Part shown: positions 40,950-51,413 of the stretch, piece by piece
How the letters are laid out: the number at the start of each line of letters is the position of its first letter
How positions within the stretch are numbered: the first letter of the stretch is position 1
Assembly (NCBI GenBank): GCA_016839555.1
Contig: JAEOUA010000007.1
Coordinates: 192,001 to 256,000 of the forward strand
Length of the DNA: 64,000 nt
Reading direction: 5' to 3'
Source of the DNA: Promethearchaeota archaeon
Lineage (GTDB): Archaea > Asgardarchaeota > Lokiarchaeia > Sigyniarchaeales > SOKP01
The notes under the pieces: generated by a model
What the model was told of the DNA's origin: nothing
Seen by the model: the letters and a program-made list of their open reading frames with translations, nothing else
The model's database searches: none
Translations under genes and position numbers: made by a program

Positions 40950-41270
40950 ATTAGCGAAGATAAAGAAATATGCGATTTATGTGGATTACCGAAAGAGCTA
41001 TGCATATGTTCTGATCTAAGCGCTGACGAACAAGAAGTTGTAATTTCGAACGAGACAAGAAAATGGGGAAAAGTGGTTACACTGATTTCATTCAAGGGAA
41101 AGATTGATGCAAATTTAGATGCACTCCTCACTAAAGCCAAGAAAAAACTTGGAGCAGGTGGAACAATACGCGGTTCAAATAAAATTGAGTTAAGAGGGGA
41201 TCACCGCTTTAGAATTAAAAAATTTCTAACAGAACAGGGCTACGACAAAAATAGGATCAGAATAGAATAA
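40950..41270 (+). CDS. sui1: Translation initiation factor SUI1/aIF1, probable non-canonical ATT start
   Basis: In-frame upstream extension SEDKEICDLCGLPKELCIC...RKWGKVVT, then KKKLGAGGT...IELRGDHR. No ATG/GTG/TTG between TAA (40914-40916) and GTG 41073. Confidence 0.9.
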   Translation: MSEDKEICDLCGLPKELCICSDLSADEQEVVISNETRKWGKVVTLISFKGKIDANLDALLTKAKKKLGAGGTIRGSNKIELRGDHRFRIKKFLTEQGYDKNRIRIE

Positions 41271-41390
41271 GAATCGAAATAATTAAATAATAAACTAATT
41301 ATTAATTTCTTTTTTTCTTTTTTTTATATTTATTTTAAATTATAGAGAAGCTATTTTTTCTTGAAAATACTATTTTGATTAAAATAATGA

Positions 41391-42323
41391 TTAATATATA
41401 ATATATTTATGAGGATCATCAGGTAACGCTAAAATATCTTCTAAAATTGATTTAAATTCTTTTTGAATCTCGGGTGGTTTATCAATTAATAATTTTGCTA
41501 CTTTATTATATTTTTCCGCTAATTCAATATTACCTAATAGTTTAATTTTATTTGAAAAGGAATATAAATTAATATAAGCTTCTCGATAAGGTAAATCAAA
41601 TAAGGATTTTGAAACCGGTATCTTTTTAAAATTTTCAGAAATAGCTTTTTTAGTTTCAGAGAGATATATTGTAATTTTTCTTATAAGTAATTCCATTTCC
41701 GAATTCACTTCTTTACGCATTTCTTTTATTCTTTCTAATTTTTTTCCATCATTGAAAGTTTCCGCAATTCTTTGCATTTGATTTAATATAGTTATTTTGC
41801 GTGGAAGGCTCTTAACAATTTCGAAACGATTTTGGAGGAAATTATATTCTTTTAAATATTTGGTTTTTTGAGCTTGTTCGATTCTCTCTTCCTCTTCTAT
41901 CTCAATTTTTTCTAATAAATTACTTTCATTTCTTAATAACTCTAGAATTTCATAATCTAACACTTTAAGTCTTTTAAGTGTCCCATCCCAAGTTCTAATA
42001 AGTTCAGAATGGTTTCTTAATATGTCAATAATTTTGGGAATAATTTTAAGTAATTCTAATTCATCTTCTTGATCGGCTATAATAACAATATCTATTCCAA
42101 GCTGTCTAATATGAGTACTATTTACGATATAATTACCCATTTCAATGTTTTTAAGGGTTTTGTCTGAACTTTCTGCCACTAATTCTTTTACAAATGATTT
42201 TATTGCAGAAAAGAAGGAGGAAAATAATTCTAATTTTTGATCACTTATTTGTTTTTCGAAGATTTTTTTCCATATGAGAATTCCGCTTCCACTCTGATAA
42301 ATAAACATATTATAGACAACCAT
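41391..42323 (-). CDS. Longin-domain protein with helical C-terminus
   Basis: FIYQSGSGILIW...LFSSFFSAIKSFVKEL...LKNIEMGNY...WDG longin pattern. Confidence 0.78.
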   Translation of the reverse strand: MVVYNMFIYQSGSGILIWKKIFEKQISDQKLELFSSFFSAIKSFVKELVAESSDKTLKNIEMGNYIVNSTHIRQLGIDIVIIADQEDELELLKIIPKIIDILRNHSELIRTWDGTLKRLKVLDYEILELLRNESNLLEKIEIEEEERIEQAQKTKYLKEYNFLQNRFEIVKSLPRKITILNQMQRIAETFNDGKKLERIKEMRKEVNSEMELLIRKITIYLSETKKAISENFKKIPVSKSLFDLPYREAYINLYSFSNKIKLLGNIELAEKYNKVAKLLIDKPPEIQKEFKSILEDILALPDDPHKYIIY

Positions 42324-42611
42324 AGTAAAAACTCTAACTTAACTTAATCTGATAAATATTAATTATGATATGTTTTCTTATATAGACTTATTAAAAATAT
42401 TATTCTCTATATTTATATATTTAATTTTATATATTTAATGCTTTTATAAAGATAATCTTATTTATTAATAATGTAGTAAATTTGTTTTATAAAGTTTGAT
42501 TATTCTATGTTTACATTTACTGATAATCTTTAAATGGGAAAAACTTTAAGCGTATTTTAATAAAAAATATGAAATTATTAAGCAAGAATTATTTAGCTAA
42601 GATTATTGTAT

Positions 42612-43274
42612 CTAAGGACGATTTATTCTCATATAATTTTGAATATATTTTTTAACTTCTTCTGCGGGTTTGATAATTCCAAAATGCCCTTCACATAAAA
42701 TATCTGGTTCTAAATCAAGAAGTTTTTGCATAGATGTTTGGTAATTATTTAAATTTGAACCAAAACTTTCGTAAAATGGTCCATGAATGTCTTGGCCAAA
42801 TAAAACCCTCTTATTATGTATTTCTAATAATATGCTTATCGAGCCGGGAGTATGGCCTGGACTGTGGTAACATTTGAATTCATAATTTCCTAACCTTAAA
42901 ATTTCTACCTCTTTTGAGAATTTTTTTTCCAATTTTATAGGTTTATATTTGGTTCCATACCATTCTGCGGCAGTTTTTTGATCATATCCTTTGTTTTCTA
43001 TTGCTTCCGCATCTAATTCATGAGCATAGAATCTTATTTTAGGGTTAAATTCTTTTAAATTGGAACAAGCTGCTATATGATCAATGTGGCAATGAGTAAT
43101 AATGCAATGAAAGATTTTCTTGGGATCCAATCCTTTTTTTGAAATATCTTTAATCATTGAAAAATTCATTCCGCAATCGATTAATACCAGCCCGTCTTCA
43201 CTATTAGTATCCACTAAATAAACTTCACAACCAGAACTTCCAACAAGATAAACATCCTTTATTATTTCTTTCAT
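42612..43274 (-). CDS. MBL-fold metallo-hydrolase
   Basis: LIDCG, THCHIDH, PGHTPGS, LCEGH. Confidence 0.92.
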   Translation of the reverse strand: MKEIIKDVYLVGSSGCEVYLVDTNSEDGLVLIDCGMNFSMIKDISKKGLDPKKIFHCIITHCHIDHIAACSNLKEFNPKIRFYAHELDAEAIENKGYDQKTAAEWYGTKYKPIKLEKKFSKEVEILRLGNYEFKCYHSPGHTPGSISILLEIHNKRVLFGQDIHGPFYESFGSNLNNYQTSMQKLLDLEPDILCEGHFGIIKPAEEVKKYIQNYMRINRP

Positions 43275-43339
43275 AATTTTAAATAAAGATGATTATTTCA
43301 TTTATCTCTAGTAATTTTTTAAAATTAACAAAATTAAAA

Positions 43340-44062
43340 TTAATTAAGATATTTCTTTTTTAACTCGTATAATTTATCTGGATAATCTGTATAAATTGCA
43401 TCAACTTTTTGTCCATTAATATTCATTAATAAGATTTTTTTCATCCGAGTACGAGAATTCACTCCCCAAAAAAAGGATTTAAATCCTTTATTAACAACCA
43501 CAGAGAAATTCTCTTTTATGTATTTATTCGCTTTAATGTTAAGGATTTTTATATTTAAATCTTCTAAAGTTTGAAAATCAAGATTATTTTCTTTAATTTT
43601 TGGTATATTATGAGGAACAGTGTGAACAAGCTGTACTGAATTATTTATTCTTCGTAATGCTTTTAAAATTATAAGTCGCGTATCAGTTATAAAAATATTA
43701 TTAAGGAGTGCATATTCTTTTGCTAACTTAATTATTTTTTTTCCTGCGTTTTGACTTCCAATATCAAAACTAAATTTATATTGGTCTGAGGGGTCTAAGC
43801 ATTCAAATACTTCCTTTAATGTGGGTATTTTTCGCTTATCTTCAAATTGAATATCCCTTAATTCTTTAAGTGTTAAATTTTTAATCGCATAATGTTTTTT
43901 CCCTATCTTAAAATAAGGATCATGAAAACAAACTAAAATTTCGTCTTTTGTAAGTCGAATATCCGTTTCAATCCCTGCATTCATCTCAAACGCCATTTTA
44001 AATGATTTGATCGTATTTTCTATACAGTAAGCACTAGCACCTCGATGAGCAAAAATTAACAT
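43340..44062 (-). CDS. Glycerophosphodiester phosphodiesterase
   Basis: AHRGAS...ENT, IETD, FHD, IPTL, IYTDYP. Confidence 0.92.
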   Translation of the reverse strand: MLIFAHRGASAYCIENTIKSFKMAFEMNAGIETDIRLTKDEILVCFHDPYFKIGKKHYAIKNLTLKELRDIQFEDKRKIPTLKEVFECLDPSDQYKFSFDIGSQNAGKKIIKLAKEYALLNNIFITDTRLIILKALRRINNSVQLVHTVPHNIPKIKENNLDFQTLEDLNIKILNIKANKYIKENFSVVVNKGFKSFFWGVNSRTRMKKILLMNINGQKVDAIYTDYPDKLYELKKKYLN

Positions 44063-44148
44063 ATTTCTGGATAGATTTTTAAGAAAGGTTTTTAAAATTT
44101 ATAATTTTTTCATAATGAAAAAGCTAACTAATTTTTTTATATTCAGAA

Positions 44149-45021
44149 TTGAGAAAAATGGAAAAGAATCACACGAAAACTAAGGATCAAAAAAAGCCAT
44201 TTTCCGAGAGAATTAAAAATTATTTTAAAAATTTGGTGGATTTTAGCTCTTATGACGCTAAAACTATATTTTTCATAATTTTAGTAATTCTCTTAATTGG
44301 AATGTCATTATATTTAGTTTATCTTCTCCTATTTGTGGATAATACAATTTTATATCGATTAGTTGTGGAATGGTTTGTAAATCCCATCTATAGTTTAGGG
44401 TTCTGGGGTGTATTTCTTTTTATTGGGGTAATGGCAATCCAGGGACTACTTATTCCAATCCCTTCAGAAATCGTTTTATTATCTACGGGAATGATTTGGG
44501 GATGGTTATTAGGTGGAATTTACGGAATTATTGGTTCCGTGGCAGCAGGAGTCTTATGTTATTATATAAGTAGAAAAGGAGGAAGACCTCTTGCAGAAAA
44601 ACTTGTTGGAGAATCCGCTATAACAATGGCGGATAATTTTATACATAAATATGGATTTGCAGCGATTCTTATAATGCGCTGCCTTCCTTTTATTGCATTT
44701 GATCCGATCAGCTATGCTTCGGGCATAGTAGATTTAGATGTAAAAAAGTATACGATTGCCACATTTTTAGGCTCTATACCCAGGGCTTTCTTCTATGCAT
44801 TTTTAGGAGCATCTTTAGGAATTACTCCTCCAATTAATTTTGAACAATTACCACTCTCTCAAATACAAGCTCAATCCAATTCTTTTAATATAATACTCTT
44901 GATTATTGCGGTGGTCCTATTAATAATATTTGTAGCATATTATATAACCAGTAAATACTATAAAAAAAAGACTTTAAATAAGGAAAATAATAAAACTTCG
45001 GAAAAAACCAATAACCAATAA
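44149..45021 (+). CDS. DedA/TVP38/TMEM64 (VTT-domain) membrane protein
   Basis: PIPSE...GMIWG, RKGGR, RCLPFIAFDPISYASG. Confidence 0.9.
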   Translation: MRKMEKNHTKTKDQKKPFSERIKNYFKNLVDFSSYDAKTIFFIILVILLIGMSLYLVYLLLFVDNTILYRLVVEWFVNPIYSLGFWGVFLFIGVMAIQGLLIPIPSEIVLLSTGMIWGWLLGGIYGIIGSVAAGVLCYYISRKGGRPLAEKLVGESAITMADNFIHKYGFAAILIMRCLPFIAFDPISYASGIVDLDVKKYTIATFLGSIPRAFFYAFLGASLGITPPINFEQLPLSQIQAQSNSFNIILLIIAVVLLIIFVAYYITSKYYKKKTLNKENNKTSEKTNNQ

Positions 45022-45158
45022 AATTATATCTATTTTATAAAATATTTTGATAAATAATTTTAGATTTATCTGAAAAATTAAAACTTGAAGCAGAGAAGCT
45101 ATAATATTTTCTATTTTTAAATTTTTTATTATTAGGTAATTTACTTTCTTAAACAAAA

Positions 45159-46151
45159 TTATCTTCCACTTATTAAATTTGACTTTTTTTTTACAAGCTT
45201 GGATTTTTCCCATTCAGAGATTACCACAGCAGAAAAGATAAGGCAAAATCCGATAATGAAATAAATGGTTAAAGATTCTTGAAGGAAGAGCCATGCAAGT
45301 AGCATTGCGATAATGGGTTTACTATAAAAAAGTAAAACTCCTCGGGATGGTTCCACTTTATTTATACCTAACGTGTAAAGAATATACGCTACTCCTGTGC
45401 TCATAATACCAAGGTAAAGAAGTAATATTACATCCACTCCAGATATGATTGATATAGGATTAATTATGATTAAATCTAAAAGAAAAAAAGGAATTAAAAA
45501 AATAACTCCAAAAAGAAAACCCCAAAAATTGAATTCCAGTGCTAAATCAAAGTTTTTTATAGAAGAAAATGAATGATCTTCCGAAGATATCGCTTTTTTA
45601 GTAATATAAATACTTAATAGCGTATAAAGCGAATAACCAAACACAGCAAAGAATACAAGTAAATTTCCAATAATTTCTTCAATCTCAAAACTACCAAATT
45701 GAAACTCTGTTATTATGATTAATGCTCCTAAAAAACCAATAATTACTGCAACAAATTTAATTTTCGTCTTACTTTCACCTAATAATAACATTGATCCAAT
45801 ACTTACAATAATAGGATTGGATGCAAGTAATAATGCAGCGGTAGAAGCCTTAGTGAAATTAAGAGCAAAGAAATAAACGGGGGATGCGATAGTTATCCAT
45901 ATAATAGCTGCTCCAATAATTAATTTCCAATGATCACGCAAATATTTTAATGGGTGGATATTTTCTCGGCGAAAATATATCATTATACTAATGATTAATA
46001 CTCCTAAAATAATTCGAAAAAAATGTTGTTGAAGTTTTGAAAAAGAGGTAATAATTTTTGCGGTAATTTCAATAGTTGCAAAGAAAAATATCCCTAAAAA
46101 CATATATAAATATCCAATATTTAGTTTTTCTGTGGATTGCGTGGAAGCCAT
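45159..46151 (-). CDS. DMT/EamA family transporter
   Basis: 10 TM, two EamA repeats, ASTAALL...NPI, LLGE, STGVAY. Confidence 0.9.
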   Translation of the reverse strand: MASTQSTEKLNIGYLYMFLGIFFFATIEITAKIITSFSKLQQHFFRIILGVLIISIMIYFRRENIHPLKYLRDHWKLIIGAAIIWITIASPVYFFALNFTKASTAALLLASNPIIVSIGSMLLLGESKTKIKFVAVIIGFLGALIIITEFQFGSFEIEEIIGNLLVFFAVFGYSLYTLLSIYITKKAISSEDHSFSSIKNFDLALEFNFWGFLFGVIFLIPFFLLDLIIINPISIISGVDVILLLYLGIMSTGVAYILYTLGINKVEPSRGVLLFYSKPIIAMLLAWLFLQESLTIYFIIGFCLIFSAVVISEWEKSKLVKKKSNLISGR

Positions 46152-46401
46152 CTTTTAAATAGACAAAATTAAATTCTTACATCAATAATATACGAAGTAT
46201 TATAAATAATTTCTTTATTACCCATCAAAAAAAACATCTTTTTGAGATTTAATATAACTAAATTATTAAAAAATTATTTAGGAGAATTTCAAGGAAATTC
46301 ATAAAATTCTATTAATTTAGTAAAGAATGTTTCTAGAAATCTTTTAATAGAATTTTTTTTTTATGTTTAATGATGAAATTAAAAGTGTTTAGAATTGGAT
46401 T

Positions 46402-48156
46402 TTGTTAATAATGAATAAAAAAAAAGATAATAAGAATCAAGGGCAAAATAGACCTCAAGACTCAGAAGAATCATTTAAAAAAATAGAAAATAATGAAAAT
46501 ATATTTATTTCAAGCGCTTACAATATTAAACAATTCTTTTTAAAGAGTTCTAAAAAAACATATTCTAATTTTTTTAAAGATTTAGAAATATCTAAAAATC
46601 ATTTCATTACGTTAGAACTCATATATTTAGTCTTTATTGTGATAATTCAAACAATTCTTTTTTACATTTTTAATGTGAATATATTATTAACACTAAATTA
46701 TTTCATAATTTTTCTCGTGCTGAGTATTTTATTCGGATTACTTTTTGGTGGGATATTTATTGATAAGATAAGGGGAAAAAAGACTCCTATTCTTTTAACA
46801 ATTATGTTAATCTCATTAATTATTATTATAGTACAAGTTTTCTTTTTTCAAGTTGAAATAAATTTATTTTCAACTATATTATTAAGTATTAATTATTTTA
46901 TTTCGGGAGTTATTTTTATTTTTTTTTTGGTAGCTTTTATTGAATTTACGACAATCTTGGAAAGAGGAAGGGTATTATCTTATCTTTCATCTGTAATGGG
47001 AATCTTTATCTTTATAAATATTCTATTTATCTCTATTATTTTGATTTTTATCAATTCAATACTTACCTTTGGAATTGCTATTTATTTTCTAAATAAAAAG
47101 CGAAAAATAGAGACACCATTAATATATATACCCGTAGCAAAAAAGGAAAATATAAAAAAAGAAGTCCATTTTTCAATCTTGAAATATATTGCACTATTAG
47201 GATTTTTTGGATTCATCGTAGGTTTAAATATCCCTCTTCGAAACGTTTTTTTCATAAGAAGTGATTGGGATATTTTTTTTTTATTGATATTAGGAATTCT
47301 TTTGGCTAGTATAACATCAATATTTATTGGTTCAATTTTTGATTTATTTGGTAGGAGAACTGTAGTTTCTTCATCTGTATTAATAATAATATTCATAGAT
47401 TTTATTCGAATTTTTACTTCACCAAAACCACTCATAGATCTTGCTTTCTCTGTAATTTGTGCAATCATCTTATTTATTTCTATCCCTCTTTTGATAAGCG
47501 ATATATGTTATAAAGGCTCTTTAGGGAAATTTTTAGCAATAACCTATATCATTAGTCTTTTATTTATTATTTTTGGGGTTTATCTTCGGGGAAATATATT
47601 AAATTTTGGTGTGGATGATCTCACTGAAGAATTAATGTTACATGCCCTTATAAGTATAGCAGCAATTTTTATACTCTTCTTTTTGATAAATAGTAGAGAG
47701 ACTTTAAGCGCTAAAGAACAAAATTGGCCGGAAAATTTAATTCATTTATATATTATTCATACTTCTGGGCTTCTATTGTATGATTATTCATTTAATGATG
47801 AAATTTTAGCGGATTCAGATTTAGCGGCAGGTGGATTGATTGGACTTATTACTATTTTGCAGGAAATAACACGAGAAACTCAAAGAATAAGAGTTATTGA
47901 CCATGGCGGAAAACTAATACTATTTGGGTTTAATTCTTATAAAACTCTTGTGTTTGCTCTGGTGATTTCTGAAGAATTAGTTATCTTAAGGCACAAATTG
48001 AATAATTTTATAAAAGATATAGATAAAAATTATCCCATTGAATCACAAACGCTTTCTGGAATCGATAGAAAATTATGGGAAAAAAGAATTGAACCTATTC
48101 TTTATGATCATTTTGAACGCAAATATTTTGAATTAATAGATTATAAAAATATATAA
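46402..48156 (+). CDS. MFS-like membrane protein fused to a C-terminal longin domain
   Basis: Motif-A copies GGIFIDKIRGKK and GSIFDLFGRR, ERGR; C-terminal LYIIHTSGLLLY...IRVIDHGGKLI longin pattern. Confidence 0.8.
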   Translation: MLIMNKKKDNKNQGQNRPQDSEESFKKIENNENIFISSAYNIKQFFLKSSKKTYSNFFKDLEISKNHFITLELIYLVFIVIIQTILFYIFNVNILLTLNYFIIFLVLSILFGLLFGGIFIDKIRGKKTPILLTIMLISLIIIIVQVFFFQVEINLFSTILLSINYFISGVIFIFFLVAFIEFTTILERGRVLSYLSSVMGIFIFINILFISIILIFINSILTFGIAIYFLNKKRKIETPLIYIPVAKKENIKKEVHFSILKYIALLGFFGFIVGLNIPLRNVFFIRSDWDIFFLLILGILLASITSIFIGSIFDLFGRRTVVSSSVLIIIFIDFIRIFTSPKPLIDLAFSVICAIILFISIPLLISDICYKGSLGKFLAITYIISLLFIIFGVYLRGNILNFGVDDLTEELMLHALISIAAIFILFFLINSRETLSAKEQNWPENLIHLYIIHTSGLLLYDYSFNDEILADSDLAAGGLIGLITILQEITRETQRIRVIDHGGKLILFGFNSYKTLVFALVISEELVILRHKLNNFIKDIDKNYPIESQTLSGIDRKLWEKRIEPILYDHFERKYFELIDYKNI

Positions 48157-48174
48157 GATAAAATACTTAAAAGC

Positions 48175-49281
48175 TTGAAAAGAATAATAATTATCCATTG
48201 GAATAAGAGCACTGGACCAGAAACAATTCTTCAGTATCCTCCTGAAAAAGAAATTTTTCCAAAAGATCTTTTTTTAAAGATATGGACGATGCATGAGTTA
48301 AAGAAAGGGGAAAAAATGGTTGAATATACCTCTGAAGAATTAGGCAATAGATTTATATCAGTAATCCAAAAATTTGAAGGAGAAATTTATTTTTTAGTGT
48401 TAGTGTATGATAAATCGATTGATAATATCGATGATATCATTAATGTGGATCCGGATCTTCTCGCAAATATTTCAAGGGACTTAATCCAATTAATTAATAC
48501 GAATAAAATTTCAAATGCTATATTTGAAGCTTATAAATCAATTAAAAATTATACAAAGATAGAAAAGGAAGAAAACCTACTAAATTTTTTCAGAGATAAG
48601 ATGAAATATACTATCCTGAAAATTCTTAGAAATGAAGGCGTGATATCAAAAAGAAATCTTAAGAAAATATTAAAAAATCAATATGGATTTTCAACACTAA
48701 ATCTTGATTTAATTTTAATTTCGTTTATTCGTGAAAACCTAATTGTAAAAAAATCGATTTTTGGTAATCAAGATTATTATTTTCTAATTAATGATTTATC
48801 TTGCATACGTATTCCCCCAGAAAATATTATAAAATTTTTTGAGAGCATTGAGAATGAAGATAAGAATGAAATTGTTAATAATTACAAAACAGCTTTAATT
48901 CAATTTTTTAAAAATTATGATGTAAATCAACAAGATAATATTGATCTACTATTAATATATTTAGCTAATAAATATGTATCTAGGTTTTTGAAATCATTAA
49001 GATTTACACCAATGCTCATTTCTGATGCTTTAAATATCTTAAATAACAATGAAGCAATTTTAAATGAATTAATTAAAAAAAGTGTTTTATTTGAGGCAAA
49101 GGGGTATGTATTTCTTCTCACAGATATAAGATTTCTAAAATTTTTGCCAATATATCTCTTCAAGCGCTTAAATTTAAGATATAAAGAGGGAAAGATATCT
49201 TTAGATGAATTTTTAGGTCATAATAAATTGATTTTGGAAAAATTCTTACAGTCTAATTATTATAATTATCAAGTTATCTAA
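48175..49281 (+). CDS. uDENN/longin-like domain plus winged-helix-like domains
   Basis: IIHWNKSTGPETILQYP start; later KYTILKILRNEGVISKRNL wHTH-like segment. Confidence 0.7.
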   Translation: MKRIIIIHWNKSTGPETILQYPPEKEIFPKDLFLKIWTMHELKKGEKMVEYTSEELGNRFISVIQKFEGEIYFLVLVYDKSIDNIDDIINVDPDLLANISRDLIQLINTNKISNAIFEAYKSIKNYTKIEKEENLLNFFRDKMKYTILKILRNEGVISKRNLKKILKNQYGFSTLNLDLILISFIRENLIVKKSIFGNQDYYFLINDLSCIRIPPENIIKFFESIENEDKNEIVNNYKTALIQFFKNYDVNQQDNIDLLLIYLANKYVSRFLKSLRFTPMLISDALNILNNNEAILNELIKKSVLFEAKGYVFLLTDIRFLKFLPIYLFKRLNLRYKEGKISLDEFLGHNKLILEKFLQSNYYNYQVI

Positions 49282-49410
49282 TTATTAGAAAGTTATTATA
49301 TAAAATCTTAATTATTATAAGCTTAGGATTTATCTCAAAAATTTTAAATAGGAAAATAATTCATAATTTAAGTAAGTATTATTTTAATCAATAAACAAGG
49401 TGAATAAAAA

Positions 49411-50202
49411 ATAACTCTAATATTTGGACCTTTAAATATTCTAGATTATACTCAAGGATCCTTTAGCTTATTATTTTCATTAATTTCTGTTGTACTTGGA
49501 GTCAGTATTCTCTCAAAATATTTTAAATTTAAACAAAGAATTTATATTTTTATGGGATTAACTTGGATTGGGATGGCTACTCCATGGTTTCCTGATTCCA
49601 TCAGTTTTCTTATAATATTGATAGCGAGAATAACTATGCCAATTGAAATATATATACTTATAGGAACAACTCTACTACCCATCCTTTTGTTAATTTGGAT
49701 GGCCGCATTCAGTGAATTACTTTATAAAGATAAACAGAAGAAAATTCTTATGATTTTTGCGATTATTGCTATTATTTATGAATTGATATTTTTTGTGTTG
49801 TTTTTTTTGGATGCAAAAGCATATATTGGAGAATATCAGAGATATTTTCAAGTAGAATTTAAAGAATTTATTACATTATTTGATCTAGCTTTACTTGTTA
49901 TCGTTTTAATTACGGGTATAATATTCGCTAAAAAATCTTTATCCTCATTAGACGAAAAAATCCATTTAAAAGGAAGATTCCTTCTGGCAGCATTTATATC
50001 TTTTTGTATAGGAGCCGCATTAGATGCTTCAACAGGCTTAATCTTTACAGATCTATTCGGGATTTCTAATACAAATCCGTTTATTTCAATTTTCGTTGTT
50101 ATAATTCGAATAATTCTTATTTCATCGGCTTTTGAATTTTATATAGGCTTTATGCTTCCTAAATGGGTTGAAAATCTAATGATAAAATCTAGAGAAGAGT
50201 AA
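49411..50202 (+). CDS. ~7-TM membrane protein, probable ATA start
   Basis: The frame stays open 47 codons upstream of ATG 49552 and encodes an extra TM helix. AGGTGA at 49398-49403 precedes ATA 49411. Confidence 0.7.
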   Translation: MTLIFGPLNILDYTQGSFSLLFSLISVVLGVSILSKYFKFKQRIYIFMGLTWIGMATPWFPDSISFLIILIARITMPIEIYILIGTTLLPILLLIWMAAFSELLYKDKQKKILMIFAIIAIIYELIFFVLFFLDAKAYIGEYQRYFQVEFKEFITLFDLALLVIVLITGIIFAKKSLSSLDEKIHLKGRFLLAAFISFCIGAALDASTGLIFTDLFGISNTNPFISIFVVIIRIILISSAFEFYIGFMLPKWVENLMIKSREE

Positions 50203-50287
50203 ATATCTTTAATTCCATTTTTTTTTATTTCTTTCCTTTTAAGATCTCACGATTTTGCTATTTAAATTAATATAAAGAAAATTATAA

Positions 50288-51343
50288 TTATTTTACGATT
50301 ACCATTTCATGTAGAGTATTTCCTTTTTCTATAAATTGTTTTTCTTCATATAGATAATCTATTTGAAATTCTGAATTAAATCTAAAATATCCTGGACGGA
50401 GCTTTAATAAATTCTTGACAAAAAAACGGATGATGGGGTTTAGTTCAAAAAGTAAATTATCCGCATCTACTAATTTTTGGACATTTAGAGAAAATTTATT
50501 TTGTTCTGATATATTAAAGACTAACTTAGATGGATATTTATTATTAACTTTTTTATGATATTTAAAATTATTTTCCTTTAATTCGAATTCTCCTGTGCTT
50601 AAAATAACTTTCTCTCCTTTAGCAACCATTAATACCCGTATAGGATAATTATCTAATTTTTTATTACATTTAATATATGCATAAATTATCGTAAAATCTT
50701 CTGAAAAAATTCTTCCCCAATGCCAATATTCCACAACTCTCACCATATTAAAATTTAACCAATTGTGATCATGATAACCAGTACCCTTTACATGAATTTC
50801 TTTCCCATCGATTTTAATAGTACCTTCTACTTGAGCTCGTGGAATTGCTACACACCATCCAAAATGTCCTATCATTCCAAATTCCGTATATCCTTTACCT
50901 GGCATCCATCCTTCTACGTTTGCTTTATAAACAAGGTGGATTCCATATTGTCCTTCCTCTAAATAAATCTCATATGTAGGTAAACTCTCATTAGTATAAT
51001 TCGCTTTAATATAATTATTACCGATTTTAACATCTGCTTTTTCCTTTGAAACTATTAAATCAGAATGTTTATAATTATATATTTTTTGAATTTTTTTTCC
51101 TTGTGGGTCATAAAATGTAATTTCTACACCTGTTTTACCAGTACGCTCATGTTTTGCTCGAAAAAATCCTACTGCCATATAACCATTATTAAAACGAGTA
51201 TCAAAATACCACCACTCAGAGTTCCCTCTTTTTTTCATATCTATATGTAAAGTGTCATATTCAGGTTTAAATTTATATATCTTTCCATCCTTTTTTCCTG
51301 GTCCTGACCAAGCTTCTATTATTTTAGTCGTCATATAATTCAC
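50288..51343 (-). CDS. AttH/CrtC/Svf1-like double lipocalin-fold protein
   Basis: SEWWYFD, VEGTI, GTGYHDHNW, WHWGR. Confidence 0.78.
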   Translation of the reverse strand: MNYMTTKIIEAWSGPGKKDGKIYKFKPEYDTLHIDMKKRGNSEWWYFDTRFNNGYMAVGFFRAKHERTGKTGVEITFYDPQGKKIQKIYNYKHSDLIVSKEKADVKIGNNYIKANYTNESLPTYEIYLEEGQYGIHLVYKANVEGWMPGKGYTEFGMIGHFGWCVAIPRAQVEGTIKIDGKEIHVKGTGYHDHNWLNFNMVRVVEYWHWGRIFSEDFTIIYAYIKCNKKLDNYPIRVLMVAKGEKVILSTGEFELKENNFKYHKKVNNKYPSKLVFNISEQNKFSLNVQKLVDADNLLFELNPIIRFFVKNLLKLRPGYFRFNSEFQIDYLYEEKQFIEKGNTLHEMVIVK

Positions 51344-51413
51344 TTTTAATTAAGATTCATATTATAAATATGATTAAAAAATATTTAATTTTATTATCTT
51401 TCATTTATCATTA

